From NCBI GenBank assembly GCA_029564175.1, contig JAKQQL010000110.1, forward strand, positions 56,151 through 120,150: DNA of 64,000 nt, read 5' to 3'. Position numbers and translations under genes: made by a program. Positions 1-11,061 of the stretch are shown here, one piece after another. The notes under the pieces are model-generated. The model was not told where the DNA came from and did not search any database. It worked only from the letters and a program-made list of their open reading frames with translations. Within the stretch, counting starts at the first letter, position 1. Every line of letters begins with the position of its first letter. The stretch comes from Candidatus Cloacimonadota bacterium (GTDB lineage: Bacteria > Cloacimonadota > Cloacimonadia > Cloacimonadales > WRIO01).

Positions 1-1
1 G

Positions 2-589
2 ATTTTCGATCCATTTTTTACTACAAAAGGGAATAATGTAGGGACAGGATTGGGCTTATCAATGGTATATAATATCATACATCAGCATAATGGATTTGTT
101 GATATATATTCAGAACCTGGAGTCGGTACAACTTTTAATCTTTTCTTTCCTGTTTTTAGTAAAAGTAGTGAAACAGAACTTGAAAATATCAATAATCAGT
201 TGATAAGTGGCAACGGTAAAATCTTAATTATTGAAGATGATGTCATTATCAATAACATCACCAGTTCCATCCTGAATGAGTGTGGCTATTCAATAATCAA
301 TGTTATTGATGCAGAAGAAGGTTTAAGAATTTATTTAGAAAAGGGAGCCCTTTATTTTGATTTAATTATTATTGATTTGATTATGCCAAAAATTTCAGGA
401 GTTGACCTTTGTAAAAAAATATTTGCGGTTGATAAGAGAGAGAGAATTGTGTTAACATCTGGTTTCCATCAGGATGAACGAATTAAAACCGCAATGGAAT
501 ACGGGGTAAGAGGATTTATTTCAAAACCTTTTACTATGCAGCATTTAACACAGATTGTTTCAGAATATATTCACTCAAAAAGAGATTAG
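2..589 (+). CDS. Hybrid sensor histidine kinase/response regulator, C-terminal part (5' end outside window)
   Basis: Frame is open from base 2: IFDPFFTTKGNNVGTGLGLS (F/G2 boxes), then a receiver domain (ILIIEDD, IIDLIMP, FISKPF). Confidence 0.9.
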   Translation: MFDPFFTTKGNNVGTGLGLSMVYNIIHQHNGFVDIYSEPGVGTTFNLFFPVFSKSSETELENINNQLISGNGKILIIEDDVIINNITSSILNECGYSIINVIDAEEGLRIYLEKGALYFDLIIIDLIMPKISGVDLCKKIFAVDKRERIVLTSGFHQDERIKTAMEYGVRGFISKPFTMQHLTQIVSEYIHSKRD

Positions 590-590
590 C

Positions 591-2345
591 ATGTCATTAT
601 ACGAATCAAATATAACTCTGATAAAAAAACATCCGGCTCAGTTTCACATTAATACATTTGCAAAACAATACCTCTTTAAGTATATTTATGAAAAAACGAA
701 TGAAGATAACTACTCTTTAAAAATTGTATTTCAAAGTCAGTCAGAACAAAGTTATCAGATTCATAGTGCATATACTCCAGAGAAAGAAGCCAGTTTGATT
801 TGTGATAGATTTTTTTCAGAAAATCAAAATATTTTGATCACAGGTTTTGGAATGGGATATCATATTGAAGCTCTTTCAAAAAAATATCCAGATAAAACAC
901 TGATTATTATAGAAAATGATATGGATTTATTCTTAAGCAGTTTATCTTATATTGACTTAAGAAAATTTGTAAATTTCTATTTTATAATCGCTTATCCTGA
1001 TTACATGGTGATGGATATCGTTTCACAAATTTTGATTGATAAATCTAATACCAGAGAATTTGATATCTATGAGTTAAAACCATATCTCAGAATACATCAA
1101 TCCTATTATCAATTTATCATGAAACACTTAAAAAATGAAAAAATATATGATTTAAGTCCTCAATGGTTTTATCCAAAATTTAAAAATGCAACAACTCCTG
1201 TAAAGATATTGTTTATTGATTCCTCTTATGTACTTACAAAAGAATGTTTGTTTGCAATTCAAGAAACTGGACATCAGGTTCATTACATTCATATCGATGA
1301 TAAACAGACTGATTATGAAGTATTTGTGAGGAAACTAATGCTGGACATCAATCAGTTTAAACCTGATTTTATTCTAACGATAAATCACCTGGGTTTTGAT
1401 AAAGAAGGCCGTTTAACAGACCTTTTAAGTGAAATGCATATCCCTTATGCTTCTTGGTTTGTGGATAGTCCCAATGTGATACTTTCTTGTTTTAAACAAA
1501 ATATATCTGATTATTGCAGTATTTTTGTATGGGACAGGGATTATATAGATGACTTGATTAAAACTGGATACCCTTATGTAGATTATTTACCCCTGGCTAC
1601 ATCATCAGATATCTTTTATCCAAAATCTCTCAGTAAAATATACGATGTTTCTTTTGTAGGGTCGAGTATGGTTTATGCTACCCATAAAAATATGAAATCA
1701 TTCATACATCGTCCTGATTTATTACACATTCTGGAAGACGTTTCAAATGAATTTATAAGGTTGAAGACACGTCATGTAGAACATGCCGTAAAAAAGCTTA
1801 CTTCAGGTCATACTGAGATTTTTTTTGAAGATAATGATCAGAAAGATGATTTTTATGCCGCTGTACTATGGAGATCGACCCAAAAATACAGATTATCAGG
1901 TCTCTTGGAATTAGAAACTTTTTCACCGGTGATAAGCGGTGATGAAAATTGGCAACGCCTGCTCCCTTTTAGTTTTAGAAAATTGCCTGAAAGATGGTAT
2001 TATGAAGATTTAGCTGATTTTTATAATCAGAGTAAGATCAATTTTAATATGACGAGTCTTCAAATGAAGAATGCTGTAAATCAAAGGGTATTTGATGTGC
2101 CTGCATGTGGAGGATTTATTCTGACTGATTATAAAGAACAATTGAATGAGATTTACGATTTAAGTAATGATATTGCTTATTTCAAAGAAATAGGAGAAAT
2201 TAAAGAATTAGTGAAATATTACCTTGCTAATTTGAACGTATGTGAAAAAATGGCAAGTAATGCAAGAAATAAAGTATTGAAAGCTCATACTTATGCTCAT
2301 AGAATAAATGAAATGATCAATATTATGAAAAAAAGATATCAATAA
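591..2345 (+). CDS. CgeB/DUF3880-type glycosyltransferase with a Maf-like N-terminal domain
   Basis: ATG at 591 just after the upstream stop. N-terminal IHSAYTPEKEA and GFGMGYHIEAL; C-terminal SKINFN..NQRVFDVPACGGFILTD and HTYAHR. Confidence 0.8.
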   Translation: MSLYESNITLIKKHPAQFHINTFAKQYLFKYIYEKTNEDNYSLKIVFQSQSEQSYQIHSAYTPEKEASLICDRFFSENQNILITGFGMGYHIEALSKKYPDKTLIIIENDMDLFLSSLSYIDLRKFVNFYFIIAYPDYMVMDIVSQILIDKSNTREFDIYELKPYLRIHQSYYQFIMKHLKNEKIYDLSPQWFYPKFKNATTPVKILFIDSSYVLTKECLFAIQETGHQVHYIHIDDKQTDYEVFVRKLMLDINQFKPDFILTINHLGFDKEGRLTDLLSEMHIPYASWFVDSPNVILSCFKQNISDYCSIFVWDRDYIDDLIKTGYPYVDYLPLATSSDIFYPKSLSKIYDVSFVGSSMVYATHKNMKSFIHRPDLLHILEDVSNEFIRLKTRHVEHAVKKLTSGHTEIFFEDNDQKDDFYAAVLWRSTQKYRLSGLLELETFSPVISGDENWQRLLPFSFRKLPERWYYEDLADFYNQSKINFNMTSLQMKNAVNQRVFDVPACGGFILTDYKEQLNEIYDLSNDIAYFKEIGEIKELVKYYLANLNVCEKMASNARNKVLKAHTYAHRINEMINIMKKRYQ

Positions 2346-2384
2346 AATAAATCAGGCAATTTACCTGACAGAAATGGAGAAACA

Positions 2385-3209
2385 ATGAAGCATATCAAAT
2401 GGTTAATGCTTGTACTCACACTAATAATACTAATAGGAGTTAAAATGCTGGATGCAGAAAAAACAAAATTTAAAGTCATTATGAAAACTAATATGGGTGA
2501 CATTGAACTTGAACTTGATCGCGAAATTGCCCCAAAAACAGTTGATAATTTCATTGGGCTTGCAAATGGAACTAAAGAATGGAAGGATCCAAAAACTGGA
2601 GAAACCGTCAAAAAGGCTTTTTATAATGGATTAACTTTTCACAGGGTAATCAAGGATTTTATGATTCAGGGTGGTTGTCCCATTGGAAATGGAACCGGCG
2701 GACCCGGTTACTCTTTTGAAGATGAAACTTATAGTTACGGAGAACCCTTAATTGGCGCAATAGATTCTCCTGAAAATGCTTACAGAATTTATACAGATGT
2801 ATTGATTCCTTATTTCAGAAAGAATCCTAATCCTGCGTCTATGGACTCAACATTAGTTTCTTTGGTTCAGGAATGTCAGGAACAAAAAAGTCCTGCTCCA
2901 CTAATGAAAAATAATTACGAATTTTATTATGAAAAAACTCAAAGTAAACCTATCAATAAAATTACAGGCTTATCTGCAAGTGTTGATTACGGTACAATAT
3001 GTATGGCTAATTCTGGTCCTAATACAAATGGCTCTCAATTTTTTATTGTAACTAAAAAAGAAGGTTGTAATTGGTTGAATGGTAAACATACCGTTTTTGG
3101 AAAAGTAGTAAAAGGTATGGATATTGTACATAAGATTGAGGATGTAGATAAAGATGCAGGTGATAAACCAAAAAAACCAGTGATTATCGAACAAGTCATT
3201 GTGATGTAA
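2385..3209 (+). CDS. Exported cyclophilin-type peptidyl-prolyl cis-trans isomerase with an internal insertion
   Basis: APKTVDNF, FHRVIKDFMIQGG, MANSGPNTNGSQFF and WLNGKHTVFG motifs; hydrophobic N-terminus. Confidence 0.95.
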   Translation: MKHIKWLMLVLTLIILIGVKMLDAEKTKFKVIMKTNMGDIELELDREIAPKTVDNFIGLANGTKEWKDPKTGETVKKAFYNGLTFHRVIKDFMIQGGCPIGNGTGGPGYSFEDETYSYGEPLIGAIDSPENAYRIYTDVLIPYFRKNPNPASMDSTLVSLVQECQEQKSPAPLMKNNYEFYYEKTQSKPINKITGLSASVDYGTICMANSGPNTNGSQFFIVTKKEGCNWLNGKHTVFGKVVKGMDIVHKIEDVDKDAGDKPKKPVIIEQVIVM

Positions 3210-3240
3210 ATACTACATGTCTTTGACCTCATATTTTAAT

Positions 3241-3272
3241 GCTGGTAGCTTGCCCATCAGTAAGTTGCCAGC
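3241..3272 (+). terminator. Stem-loop (terminator or stabiliser) after the cyclophilin
   Basis: GCTGGTAGCTTGC-ccatca-GTAAGTTGCCAGC pairs fully on the + strand with G-U pairs; weak U tail. Confidence 0.55.
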
Positions 3273-3294
3273 TTATTGATACAAAGGAAAAAAA

Positions 3295-5019
3295 ATGAAA
3301 AAAAAAATGCTGATTATTATAATGACTCTGACTTTCAGCATATTGTTCGCTCAATATGACGAAAAAAAGATTATGTTTAATCAGGCTCAGTCATTTGAAA
3401 ATATGAATCAGCTGACGCGTGCGCAACAAATTTATAAAGATTTATTAAAAAAGTATCCTCAGGATCAGGAAGTTGTGCAGAAACTCTTTTATAATTATAT
3501 TAGAGTATCTGATTTGCAGAATGCGAGTATCTTACTAGAAGATAAAAAGCCTATTTTAAATCAGACTTTTTATACTCAAAGTAAAATTCTTCTGTTATGC
3601 AAAGATAACCGTATCAGTGAAGCTGAAAGTTTAGCAGATAGTTTTATAAGTGAAAATCCAAACTTAATAAATAACTATCAATCGATCGCTTCAACTTTTG
3701 AACAAAATAATCTATTTGAAATTGCAGCCAAATATTATAAACAAGCCAGGAAGATATCTCATAATGAGACTATCTTTGCACTGGAGTTATCTAATACTTA
3801 CTATCAGCTTCAAGACTACCAGGCGACTATAAAAGAATCAGTAGTTTTGATTATTCAGAATAAAGCTTATGTATATTATGTTACATCAAGATTTAAGGAA
3901 ATTGTTAATAGAGATTCTTTAATGATTGATGAAATTCAAAGAAACTGTGAGCATAATGATACTGAAGAGGTTAGAGAATTGTATGCTTTAAGCCTTGTCG
4001 AGTTAAAACAATACCAAAAAGCGTTATCAATATATGACAATCTCAACACAGAGAAATTTATCCGTTTTTGTGATGAGTTGTATGCAAATTCGCTATTAGA
4101 TTACGCGCTTCAAGGCTATGAAATGATTTTAAAAAAAGTGAATCAGCCAATCCTGATTGGTGATATGAAGTTAAAAATGGCAAAGGTATATCTGAGTAGG
4201 AAGGATATAAATAGTGCAAAAAATTATCTTAATCAGATAATCTCCATGAATGAACTCACTAATCAACAAAATCTTTATAAAACAAAAGTTCATAGAGAAT
4301 CTCGAGAAATAATGGCAAGTGTCCTGATAATGGATAATGCTGATAAAGATAAAGTTTTATCTGCTTTCAACGATGCTGAAAAATACATCTTTAATCAAAA
4401 TGATAAGAAGAATATTGCTTTTAAAAAAGTTCATTATCTCAGTATGAAGGAAGAATATACTGAAGCCGAAAAACTCCTTGATAATACATTAAAAGGAGAA
4501 GAATATGGCTCTGTTATCATCGCAAAAAGTCTCTATTTCAGATATGAATTGTATTTAATGAAGAATGATGTTAAAGTGGATTCTATGATGACCGAATATA
4601 TCCTTTTTTCACCTGAAGATAATGCAATAAATGATATGCTCTTTCTTTCTTTATTCGTCAAAAATCTACCCAAGGAAAAACAGAATACTTTTTTAAAAGC
4701 ATATCGGTATAAACAACTCTATCAGGACTCTCTTGCAACAAGTTTACTTCAAACAATTCTGGATGATTTTCAAAATGATGAACTTAAATTGTTACTCGCA
4801 GAATGGTATATTTCTGATTTGAAGTATGATAAAGCTTTAGTTCTCTATAATGGAAAATTTGATAATGAAGTATATCAGGAATTTGCAAAATTAGAAGCTG
4901 TAAAAATAGAAACAGAAAAAGAATTCAGACGTAATCAGATTACAGATTACCTGAAAAATACACCAAACAGTGTGTTTTCGCCTTTATTCAGACAACTATT
5001 AGTAAAAAAAATCATGTAA
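3295..5019 (+). CDS. Exported tetratricopeptide-repeat protein
   Basis: Signal peptide; TPR-like helices (AQQIYKDLLKKYP, AAKYYKQAR, ALELSNTYYQLQDYQA). Confidence 0.75.
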   Translation: MKKKMLIIIMTLTFSILFAQYDEKKIMFNQAQSFENMNQLTRAQQIYKDLLKKYPQDQEVVQKLFYNYIRVSDLQNASILLEDKKPILNQTFYTQSKILLLCKDNRISEAESLADSFISENPNLINNYQSIASTFEQNNLFEIAAKYYKQARKISHNETIFALELSNTYYQLQDYQATIKESVVLIIQNKAYVYYVTSRFKEIVNRDSLMIDEIQRNCEHNDTEEVRELYALSLVELKQYQKALSIYDNLNTEKFIRFCDELYANSLLDYALQGYEMILKKVNQPILIGDMKLKMAKVYLSRKDINSAKNYLNQIISMNELTNQQNLYKTKVHRESREIMASVLIMDNADKDKVLSAFNDAEKYIFNQNDKKNIAFKKVHYLSMKEEYTEAEKLLDNTLKGEEYGSVIIAKSLYFRYELYLMKNDVKVDSMMTEYILFSPEDNAINDMLFLSLFVKNLPKEKQNTFLKAYRYKQLYQDSLATSLLQTILDDFQNDELKLLLAEWYISDLKYDKALVLYNGKFDNEVYQEFAKLEAVKIETEKEFRRNQITDYLKNTPNSVFSPLFRQLLVKKIM

Positions 5020-5032
5020 TCGGGAGGTTGAT

Positions 5033-5299
5033 ATGATTAGTATAAAAAAGCTTAGCACGGATGATTTTAAGAAAATGCAGATTAATGAGTGGTCTGTATG
5101 GGAAAAAGAAGTTTCTGTATTTGACTGGTATTATGATTGTGTAGAAGAATGTTATATTCTGAATGGAGAAATTGAGATTACAGATGAAAACAATCAGGTT
5201 CATAAGTTGCATGAAAATGATTTTGTACGTTTTGATAAAGGACTAAAATGCAAATGGAAAATTATCAAACCTGTTAAAAAACATTACCGCTTTTTATAG
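5033..5299 (+). CDS. Small cupin (DUF861/EutQ-like)
   Basis: WSVWEKEVSVFDWYYD, EECYILNGE, FDKGLKCKW and KHYRF; GGAGG RBS. Confidence 0.88.
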   Translation: MISIKKLSTDDFKKMQINEWSVWEKEVSVFDWYYDCVEECYILNGEIEITDENNQVHKLHENDFVRFDKGLKCKWKIIKPVKKHYRFL

Positions 5300-5307
5300 G
5301 AGTTATC

Positions 5308-6312
5308 ATGAGAACAAAAATAATCCTTCTTCTGTTACTTTTACTAAGCATGATGTCGTGTAAACTGACAAACAATACACCAAGTAACAATTTACCAGAT
5401 GATACTGGCAGTTTTGACATTGTATCAGGTGTTTCAGTAGTCAATTCAGCAACAGCACTGACTCTTGATTATCCATATCTTTTTGTATCTGATGGGAATG
5501 CCAGATTAACCTGTGTCGATGTGATGACTCCCTGGCACATCGAACGAATTTCATCTCTTAATTTCTTCAATAATTCTTCAGATCCAATACTTGATTTAGT
5601 CAGAGATTCCAGAAATATGATTTACGCAGGAATGGGGAATTCCGGTTTCTTTACTTTAAATACATCAAATCCTTATTCTCTGAATGTACAGAGTTTTAAT
5701 ACAGATATCAAATGTAAAAGCTTGAGTATAGACGAAAATAATGGTTATGGTAATCTGTTGGCAATTTCAGGAGACAGCTTCTGGAAAATTTATGAAATCA
5801 TCGGTGCCGGTCAAATTCTACAACTGAGTTCTCAGGAATTTATGTCAGAAAAAAACTATAGAAAGATACATATTGATTATCCCTATATGTATTTAGGATC
5901 AAATTTCTCAGTTGATATCTATGATATTAGTAATCCCTTTTTACCACAACTGATCAAATCAGAAACATTATATTATTTTAAAGATTTCAAATTTGTTGGT
6001 GATAGAATGTTAGTTTTAACCAATAACCAGTTGATATTTTACGATGTATCTAATCCTTATTATGCAAATTTACTTACTCAATACACATTCAATATATCTC
6101 CAACTAGTTTTTTCTGTGAAAATGGAAATCTGCTGATTTCCTTTGATAATAAACAAATGCTTCATTATGTTATCTCTGATCAATATGCGCTTACGGAAAT
6201 TTCATCCATTCAGTTTGACCATCTGGTTCAGGATATTGAATACTATGAAGGCTATTATTTTTTAGCTTGTAGAGATTTTGGTGTTTTGTGTTTACAATTA
6301 GATGGTTACTAA
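5308..6312 (+). CDS. Lipoprotein with LVIVD-like beta-propeller repeats
   Basis: Lipobox MMSC; repeats such as YMYLG..VDIYDISNP and LIFYDVSNP. Confidence 0.7.
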   Translation: MRTKIILLLLLLLSMMSCKLTNNTPSNNLPDDTGSFDIVSGVSVVNSATALTLDYPYLFVSDGNARLTCVDVMTPWHIERISSLNFFNNSSDPILDLVRDSRNMIYAGMGNSGFFTLNTSNPYSLNVQSFNTDIKCKSLSIDENNGYGNLLAISGDSFWKIYEIIGAGQILQLSSQEFMSEKNYRKIHIDYPYMYLGSNFSVDIYDISNPFLPQLIKSETLYYFKDFKFVGDRMLVLTNNQLIFYDVSNPYYANLLTQYTFNISPTSFFCENGNLLISFDNKQMLHYVISDQYALTEISSIQFDHLVQDIEYYEGYYFLACRDFGVLCLQLDGY

Positions 6313-6330
6313 TAGATAAAGTCTTTTTTC

Positions 6331-7098
6331 TTAATAATACTTAGGAACTTTCTGAAGGATTGATGAGATGACTATCGCAGAAGCGGTTACTGCAGCGGTT
6401 TCAGCTCTGAGTATATGATTGCCAATTGTAAAGCTGTCAATTTTTTCTTTCATAAACAAGTCAAATTCATCTTGATGAAAGCCCCCTTCGGGTCCAATAA
6501 AAATACACAAAGAGCTTGGATAAAGTTTAAAAGATAGTTCAGAAAGGGAAGTTTCTGTTTCTTTTTCGGATGCGACAATACCTTTAAATCCAAAATTTTT
6601 TATCTGAAGAATTGTCTCATTAAGAGTTGAAACAGGGTGAACAATAGGTAAAAAGGCATTATCACATTGTTTAATGGCAGAGATGGCTGTTTTTATCATT
6701 TTATCCTGAATCGGATCATGATTCTTATTTTTTGAATCAGTTATTCTCCGTACACTGTAACGGGTTTCCATCGGGAAAAACTGTTTTATTCCCAACTCAG
6801 TCAGTTTTTCAATAATCCATAAGTCATTTTTATTTTTCAACAGAGAAAAAGCGACAGCAATTTCTGGTGTCCCTTTTTGGAATGAATCGATTTTACTAAT
6901 ATAAATGTCAGCATTTTTTTTTGTAATTTTTGATATTTTACCATAAGCCAGTTGTCCCATTCCGTTTGTAAGAATGATTTCGTCATTTACACGGTAACGG
7001 GACACATTGACTAAATGGTGAAACTCATCGCCATCTAACAACAAGTTATTATCAAGATCACTATCTGACCATATTACAGGCAAATAAAATGATGGCAT
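6331..7098 (-). CDS. rsmE: 16S rRNA m3U1498 methyltransferase
   Basis: HHLVNVSR, EKLTELG, AIKQC, IGPEGGF and ILRAETA; follows dnaJ. Confidence 0.95.
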   Translation of the reverse strand: MPSFYLPVIWSDSDLDNNLLLDGDEFHHLVNVSRYRVNDEIILTNGMGQLAYGKISKITKKNADIYISKIDSFQKGTPEIAVAFSLLKNKNDLWIIEKLTELGIKQFFPMETRYSVRRITDSKNKNHDPIQDKMIKTAISAIKQCDNAFLPIVHPVSTLNETILQIKNFGFKGIVASEKETETSLSELSFKLYPSSLCIFIGPEGGFHQDEFDLFMKEKIDSFTIGNHILRAETAAVTASAIVISSILQKVPKYY

Positions 7099-8252
7099 TA
7101 AAATAAATCCTTAAATTTTTTCCAGAAAGTTTTATCTGGATTTAAATTTCGTTTTTCATCGAATTTCTTTAATTGTTCATACAATTTAATTTCTTCGGAT
7201 GTTAGCGAGGTCGGTGTTACGACATCTACCTTAACGATGATATCGCCACGGTAATGTTCATTATTGACTTCAGGCAGACCTTTCCCTCTTAACTTGAATA
7301 CTTTGCCTGTCTGAGTACCTGCCGGTATCTTGACTTTTAGCTTTTCATCAGCTAAGGTTGTTACCATAATTTCACCACCTAAAGCGGCTGTTGAGAAAGA
7401 AATCGGATACTCACAAATCAGATTGACTCCGTCTCTTACAAAGACATCATCTTCTTTTTCATGAATCATGACCAAAATGTCTCCATTGCTGCCATTTCTT
7501 TTGCCTTTATTACCTTCTCCTCTTAAGCGAATGTATTGACCTTCCTGAACACCTGCCGGAATTGTTACTTTTACATCTTTTGGTTTACTGATTCTGCCGT
7601 CACCATTACAATGTTTACATTTCTTTTCGATAACTTTTCCTTCACCATGACAGGAAGGGCATGTTACAACAGTTTGAACATTGCCAAAAAATGATTGTCT
7701 GACCTGACGTACCTGGCCCTGCCCGTTACACTGAGTACAGGTTTTTACCTTGCCATCTTCAGATCCGCTACCATTGCATGAAGTACAAGTATCTTTAGTC
7801 GAAATTTTTACGGTTTTAGATACTCCGTTATAAATCTCTTTCATTGTTAATGAAAGTTCAATTCTCAAATCTTCTCCACGATTAACCTGGTCCTGACGTG
7901 AACGTGATGAGCGTCTTCCGCCTCCAAAAAGATCTCCAAAAATGGATTCAAAACCTCCAAAAATGTCAGAAAAATCTCCTGTATGTGTGAAATTAGACCA
8001 GTCAAATCCACCAGCACCAAACTGGCTATCAACTCCTGCATGACCAAATTGGTCATATCTTGATTTCTTTTCAGGATCGCTGAGTACTTCGTATGCCTCT
8101 GCAGCCTCTTTAAACTTTTCTTCTGCTTCGGCATTTCCTGGGTTTTTATCTGGATGGTACTTCATTGCCAGTTTTCTGTAGGCACTCTTTATTGTACTTT
8201 CATCAGCGTTTTTATCAACGCCGAGTATTTCATAATAATCTCTTTTAGACAT
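7098..8252 (-). CDS. dnaJ: Chaperone DnaJ
   Basis: J domain with HPD, G/F-rich linker and four CxxCxGxG repeats. Confidence 0.98.
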   Translation of the reverse strand: MSKRDYYEILGVDKNADESTIKSAYRKLAMKYHPDKNPGNAEAEEKFKEAAEAYEVLSDPEKKSRYDQFGHAGVDSQFGAGGFDWSNFTHTGDFSDIFGGFESIFGDLFGGGRRSSRSRQDQVNRGEDLRIELSLTMKEIYNGVSKTVKISTKDTCTSCNGSGSEDGKVKTCTQCNGQGQVRQVRQSFFGNVQTVVTCPSCHGEGKVIEKKCKHCNGDGRISKPKDVKVTIPAGVQEGQYIRLRGEGNKGKRNGSNGDILVMIHEKEDDVFVRDGVNLICEYPISFSTAALGGEIMVTTLADEKLKVKIPAGTQTGKVFKLRGKGLPEVNNEHYRGDIIVKVDVVTPTSLTSEEIKLYEQLKKFDEKRNLNPDKTFWKKFKDLF

Positions 8253-8380
8253 ATTCTTTCGCCTCTATTCTTCTTTTGGTTACACTGTAGGGTAAGCAAC
8301 CTTGCTTGCAAACTATAACAATCAGGTTTTGCATAACCCTTTCAGTTACAAACAAATCCACAATTTACTCTTAAGATATA

Positions 8381-8414
8381 GAAAATTCGGCTTAACAAAA
8401 TTGTCAAGCCGAAT
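8381..8414 (-). terminator. Stem-loop/terminator downstream of dnaK
   Basis: Minus strand reads ATTCGGCTTGACAA-TT-TTGTTAAGCCGAAT followed by TTTC. Confidence 0.6.
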
Positions 8415-8429
8415 AGATCAATTTATGGA

Positions 8430-10391
8430 TTATTTATCATCAACCACTTCGAATTCAGCATCTACAGGACCGTCATTTGTTGGTTTTGCTTGTTCCTGAG
8501 CATTATTTGCCTGATTCATAAAGTCTTCTGGATTAAATCCACCTGCACCACCTTGAGCACCTTGTTGTTCCTGCATGTTTTTATAGAGGATTTCACCCAG
8601 TTTTTGTGCACGTTTGGATAAAGTCTCAGCAGCTTCGTTGTATTCAGCTGCAGTCTGGCCTTTTTCCAGTTTTTCTTTAGCTTCTTTAATCGCAGCTTCA
8701 ATCTCAGTTTTTTCTGAATCTGATAATTTGTCAGCATAATCAGCCATTGATTTTTCAGTTGAGAAGATCAATGTATCCAGTTTATTTTTTGCTTCGATCA
8801 TTTCTTTTCTTTGTTTATCTTCATCTGCATGTGCTTCTGCTTCTTTAACCATTCTGTTGATTTCTTCTTCACTCAGACTACCTGGTCTTTCAATACGCAT
8901 AGAATGTTCTTTATTGGTACCTTTATCTTTTGCAGACACATGAAGAATACCGTTTGCATCGATATCAAATGTAACTTCAATTTGTGGAACTCCTCTTGGT
9001 GCTGGTGGAATACCAACCAGATCAAAACGACCCAGACTGCGGTTATCATTCGCCATCGGTCTTTCACCCTGAAGAATATGGATGGTTACGGCATTTTGAT
9101 TATCTGCAGCAGTTGAGAATACCTGGCTTTTGCGGGTAGGAACAGTCGTGTTTCTTTCAATAATTGGAGTCATCACACCACCTAATGTTTCAATACCCAA
9201 AGTCAGAGGAGTTACATCAAGTAAGAGGATGTCATTTAATTTTTCATCTCCGCCTAAGATACCACCCTGAACAGCAGCACCAATTGCAACCACTTCATCA
9301 GGATTTAAACTTTTGTTGGCTTTTTTATTGAAGAATTTTTCAACCGCTTCCTGAACTGCAGGGATACGGGTACTGCCACCAACCAGTAAGACTTCGTGAA
9401 TTTGTGATGAATTTAACTTTGAATCTTCCAATGCTTTACGGCATGGAATAAGAGATCTTTCCACAAGTCTGGCTGTTAAACGATTAAATTCTGAAACAGA
9501 TAAGTCATAAACAAGATGTTTAGGACCGCTTGCATCAGCTGTTATGAACGGCAGGTTGATATTAGTTGTTGGAGTTCCTGATAATTCAATTTTAGCTTTT
9601 TCTGCAGCTTCTTTCAGTCGTTGCATTGCCATATTGTCTCTGGATAAATCAACACCCTGATCTGCTTTGAATTTTTCAATCAGCCAGTCCATAATCGCTT
9701 TATCAAAATCGTCACCGCCAAGATGAGTATCGCCACCGGTTGATAACACTTCTACCACACCATCAGCCACTTCAAGGATAGAGATGTCAAATGTTCCGCC
9801 ACCTAAGTCATATACAGCGATTTTTTCTGCTTTTTTATCTTCTTTTTGAAGCCCGTAAGCGAGAGCTGCAGCAGTTGGTTCGTTGATAATTCTTTTTACA
9901 TCAAGACCAGCGATACGACCAGCATCTTTGGTTGCCTGTCTCTGAGCATCATTGAAGTAGGCAGGAACGGTAATCACCGCTTCTTTAACTTCTTGTCCCA
10001 GATAAGCTTCAGCAGTTTCCTTCATTTTAGTTAAAATGATAGCTGAAATTTCCTGAGGTGTAAAGTCTTTGCTTACAGCATCGATATGAACGGTTGCTTC
10101 GCCTTTGTTGGTTGCATTCACTTTATAACCAACAATGCGAATTTCATCTTGAACTTCATTTATATTTCTACCCATAAAACGTTTGATTGAATAAACGGTA
10201 TTGGTTGGATTGGTGATTAACTGTCTTTTTGCCAGCTGACCAACCAGTCTTTCTCCCTTTGCATTAAATCCGACAACAGATGGAGTTGTGCGGGTTCCTT
10301 CAGCATTAGCGATAACGATTGGTTTACCGCCTTCCATTACTGATACACATGAATTAGTTGTTCCTAGGTCGATTCCGATGATTTTTCCCAT
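8430..10391 (-). CDS. dnaK: Chaperone DnaK (Hsp70)
   Basis: [25 protein letters not shown], and C-terminal DAEFEVV. Confidence 0.99.
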   Translation of the reverse strand: MGKIIGIDLGTTNSCVSVMEGGKPIVIANAEGTRTTPSVVGFNAKGERLVGQLAKRQLITNPTNTVYSIKRFMGRNINEVQDEIRIVGYKVNATNKGEATVHIDAVSKDFTPQEISAIILTKMKETAEAYLGQEVKEAVITVPAYFNDAQRQATKDAGRIAGLDVKRIINEPTAAALAYGLQKEDKKAEKIAVYDLGGGTFDISILEVADGVVEVLSTGGDTHLGGDDFDKAIMDWLIEKFKADQGVDLSRDNMAMQRLKEAAEKAKIELSGTPTTNINLPFITADASGPKHLVYDLSVSEFNRLTARLVERSLIPCRKALEDSKLNSSQIHEVLLVGGSTRIPAVQEAVEKFFNKKANKSLNPDEVVAIGAAVQGGILGGDEKLNDILLLDVTPLTLGIETLGGVMTPIIERNTTVPTRKSQVFSTAADNQNAVTIHILQGERPMANDNRSLGRFDLVGIPPAPRGVPQIEVTFDIDANGILHVSAKDKGTNKEHSMRIERPGSLSEEEINRMVKEAEAHADEDKQRKEMIEAKNKLDTLIFSTEKSMADYADKLSDSEKTEIEAAIKEAKEKLEKGQTAAEYNEAAETLSKRAQKLGEILYKNMQEQQGAQGGAGGFNPEDFMNQANNAQEQAKPTNDGPVDAEFEVVDDK

Positions 10392-10413
10392 GGTATGCCT
10401 CCTTTTTATTTTT

Positions 10414-11061
10414 TTATTCTTTATTTTCTGGTTTTACGCCATTAGAAACAGCTACACGAGCTGGTCTGATTACTTTTTCATTCATCTTGTAGCCATTTTG
10501 AATAACAGCTGCGATGATGTTTTCGTCTAAATCAGAAGGAATATGAGCTAATGCTTCATGATAATTAGGGTCAAATTCCTTTTCAAAACATTCAATTTTG
10601 GTAACATTGTTTCTTTTTAACAGCGTTTCAATCTGTTGATAAATCAGTTCAATGCCTTTTTTAAACGCTTCAAAGCCGTCTGTATTCACTTCTACACTAA
10701 AAGCCCTTTCAAAATTGTCAAAGACTTCACAAATCTCAAGAATAATCTTCTCGTTGGAATATTTCATCCAGTCAGCCTTTTCTTTGAGTGTATTCTTACG
10801 AAAGTTGTCAAAATCAGCTAATGTTCTCAGCCACTTATTTTTAAATTCATCACGTTCAGCTTCTAATTTTTCAAGTTCCTGCTCAAAGGAATCTTCTTCT
10901 TCAATCTCTTGTACAGTGATTTCCTGTATCTCTTCAGAAGAACTGGCATCTTCATTTTTTATTGGCGCAGTTTCTTCATGCTCAACAGGAATATCTGTTT
11001 TTTTTAGTTCGTCATCCTGAATCATGTTCTCTTTATCCTTTTTAATGTCTTTTTTTATCAT
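10414..11061 (-). CDS. grpE: Nucleotide exchange factor GrpE
   Basis: [17 protein letters not shown] and [16 protein letters not shown]. Confidence 0.97.
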   Translation of the reverse strand: MIKKDIKKDKENMIQDDELKKTDIPVEHEETAPIKNEDASSSEEIQEITVQEIEEEDSFEQELEKLEAERDEFKNKWLRTLADFDNFRKNTLKEKADWMKYSNEKIILEICEVFDNFERAFSVEVNTDGFEAFKKGIELIYQQIETLLKRNNVTKIECFEKEFDPNYHEALAHIPSDLDENIIAAVIQNGYKMNEKVIRPARVAVSNGVKPENKE

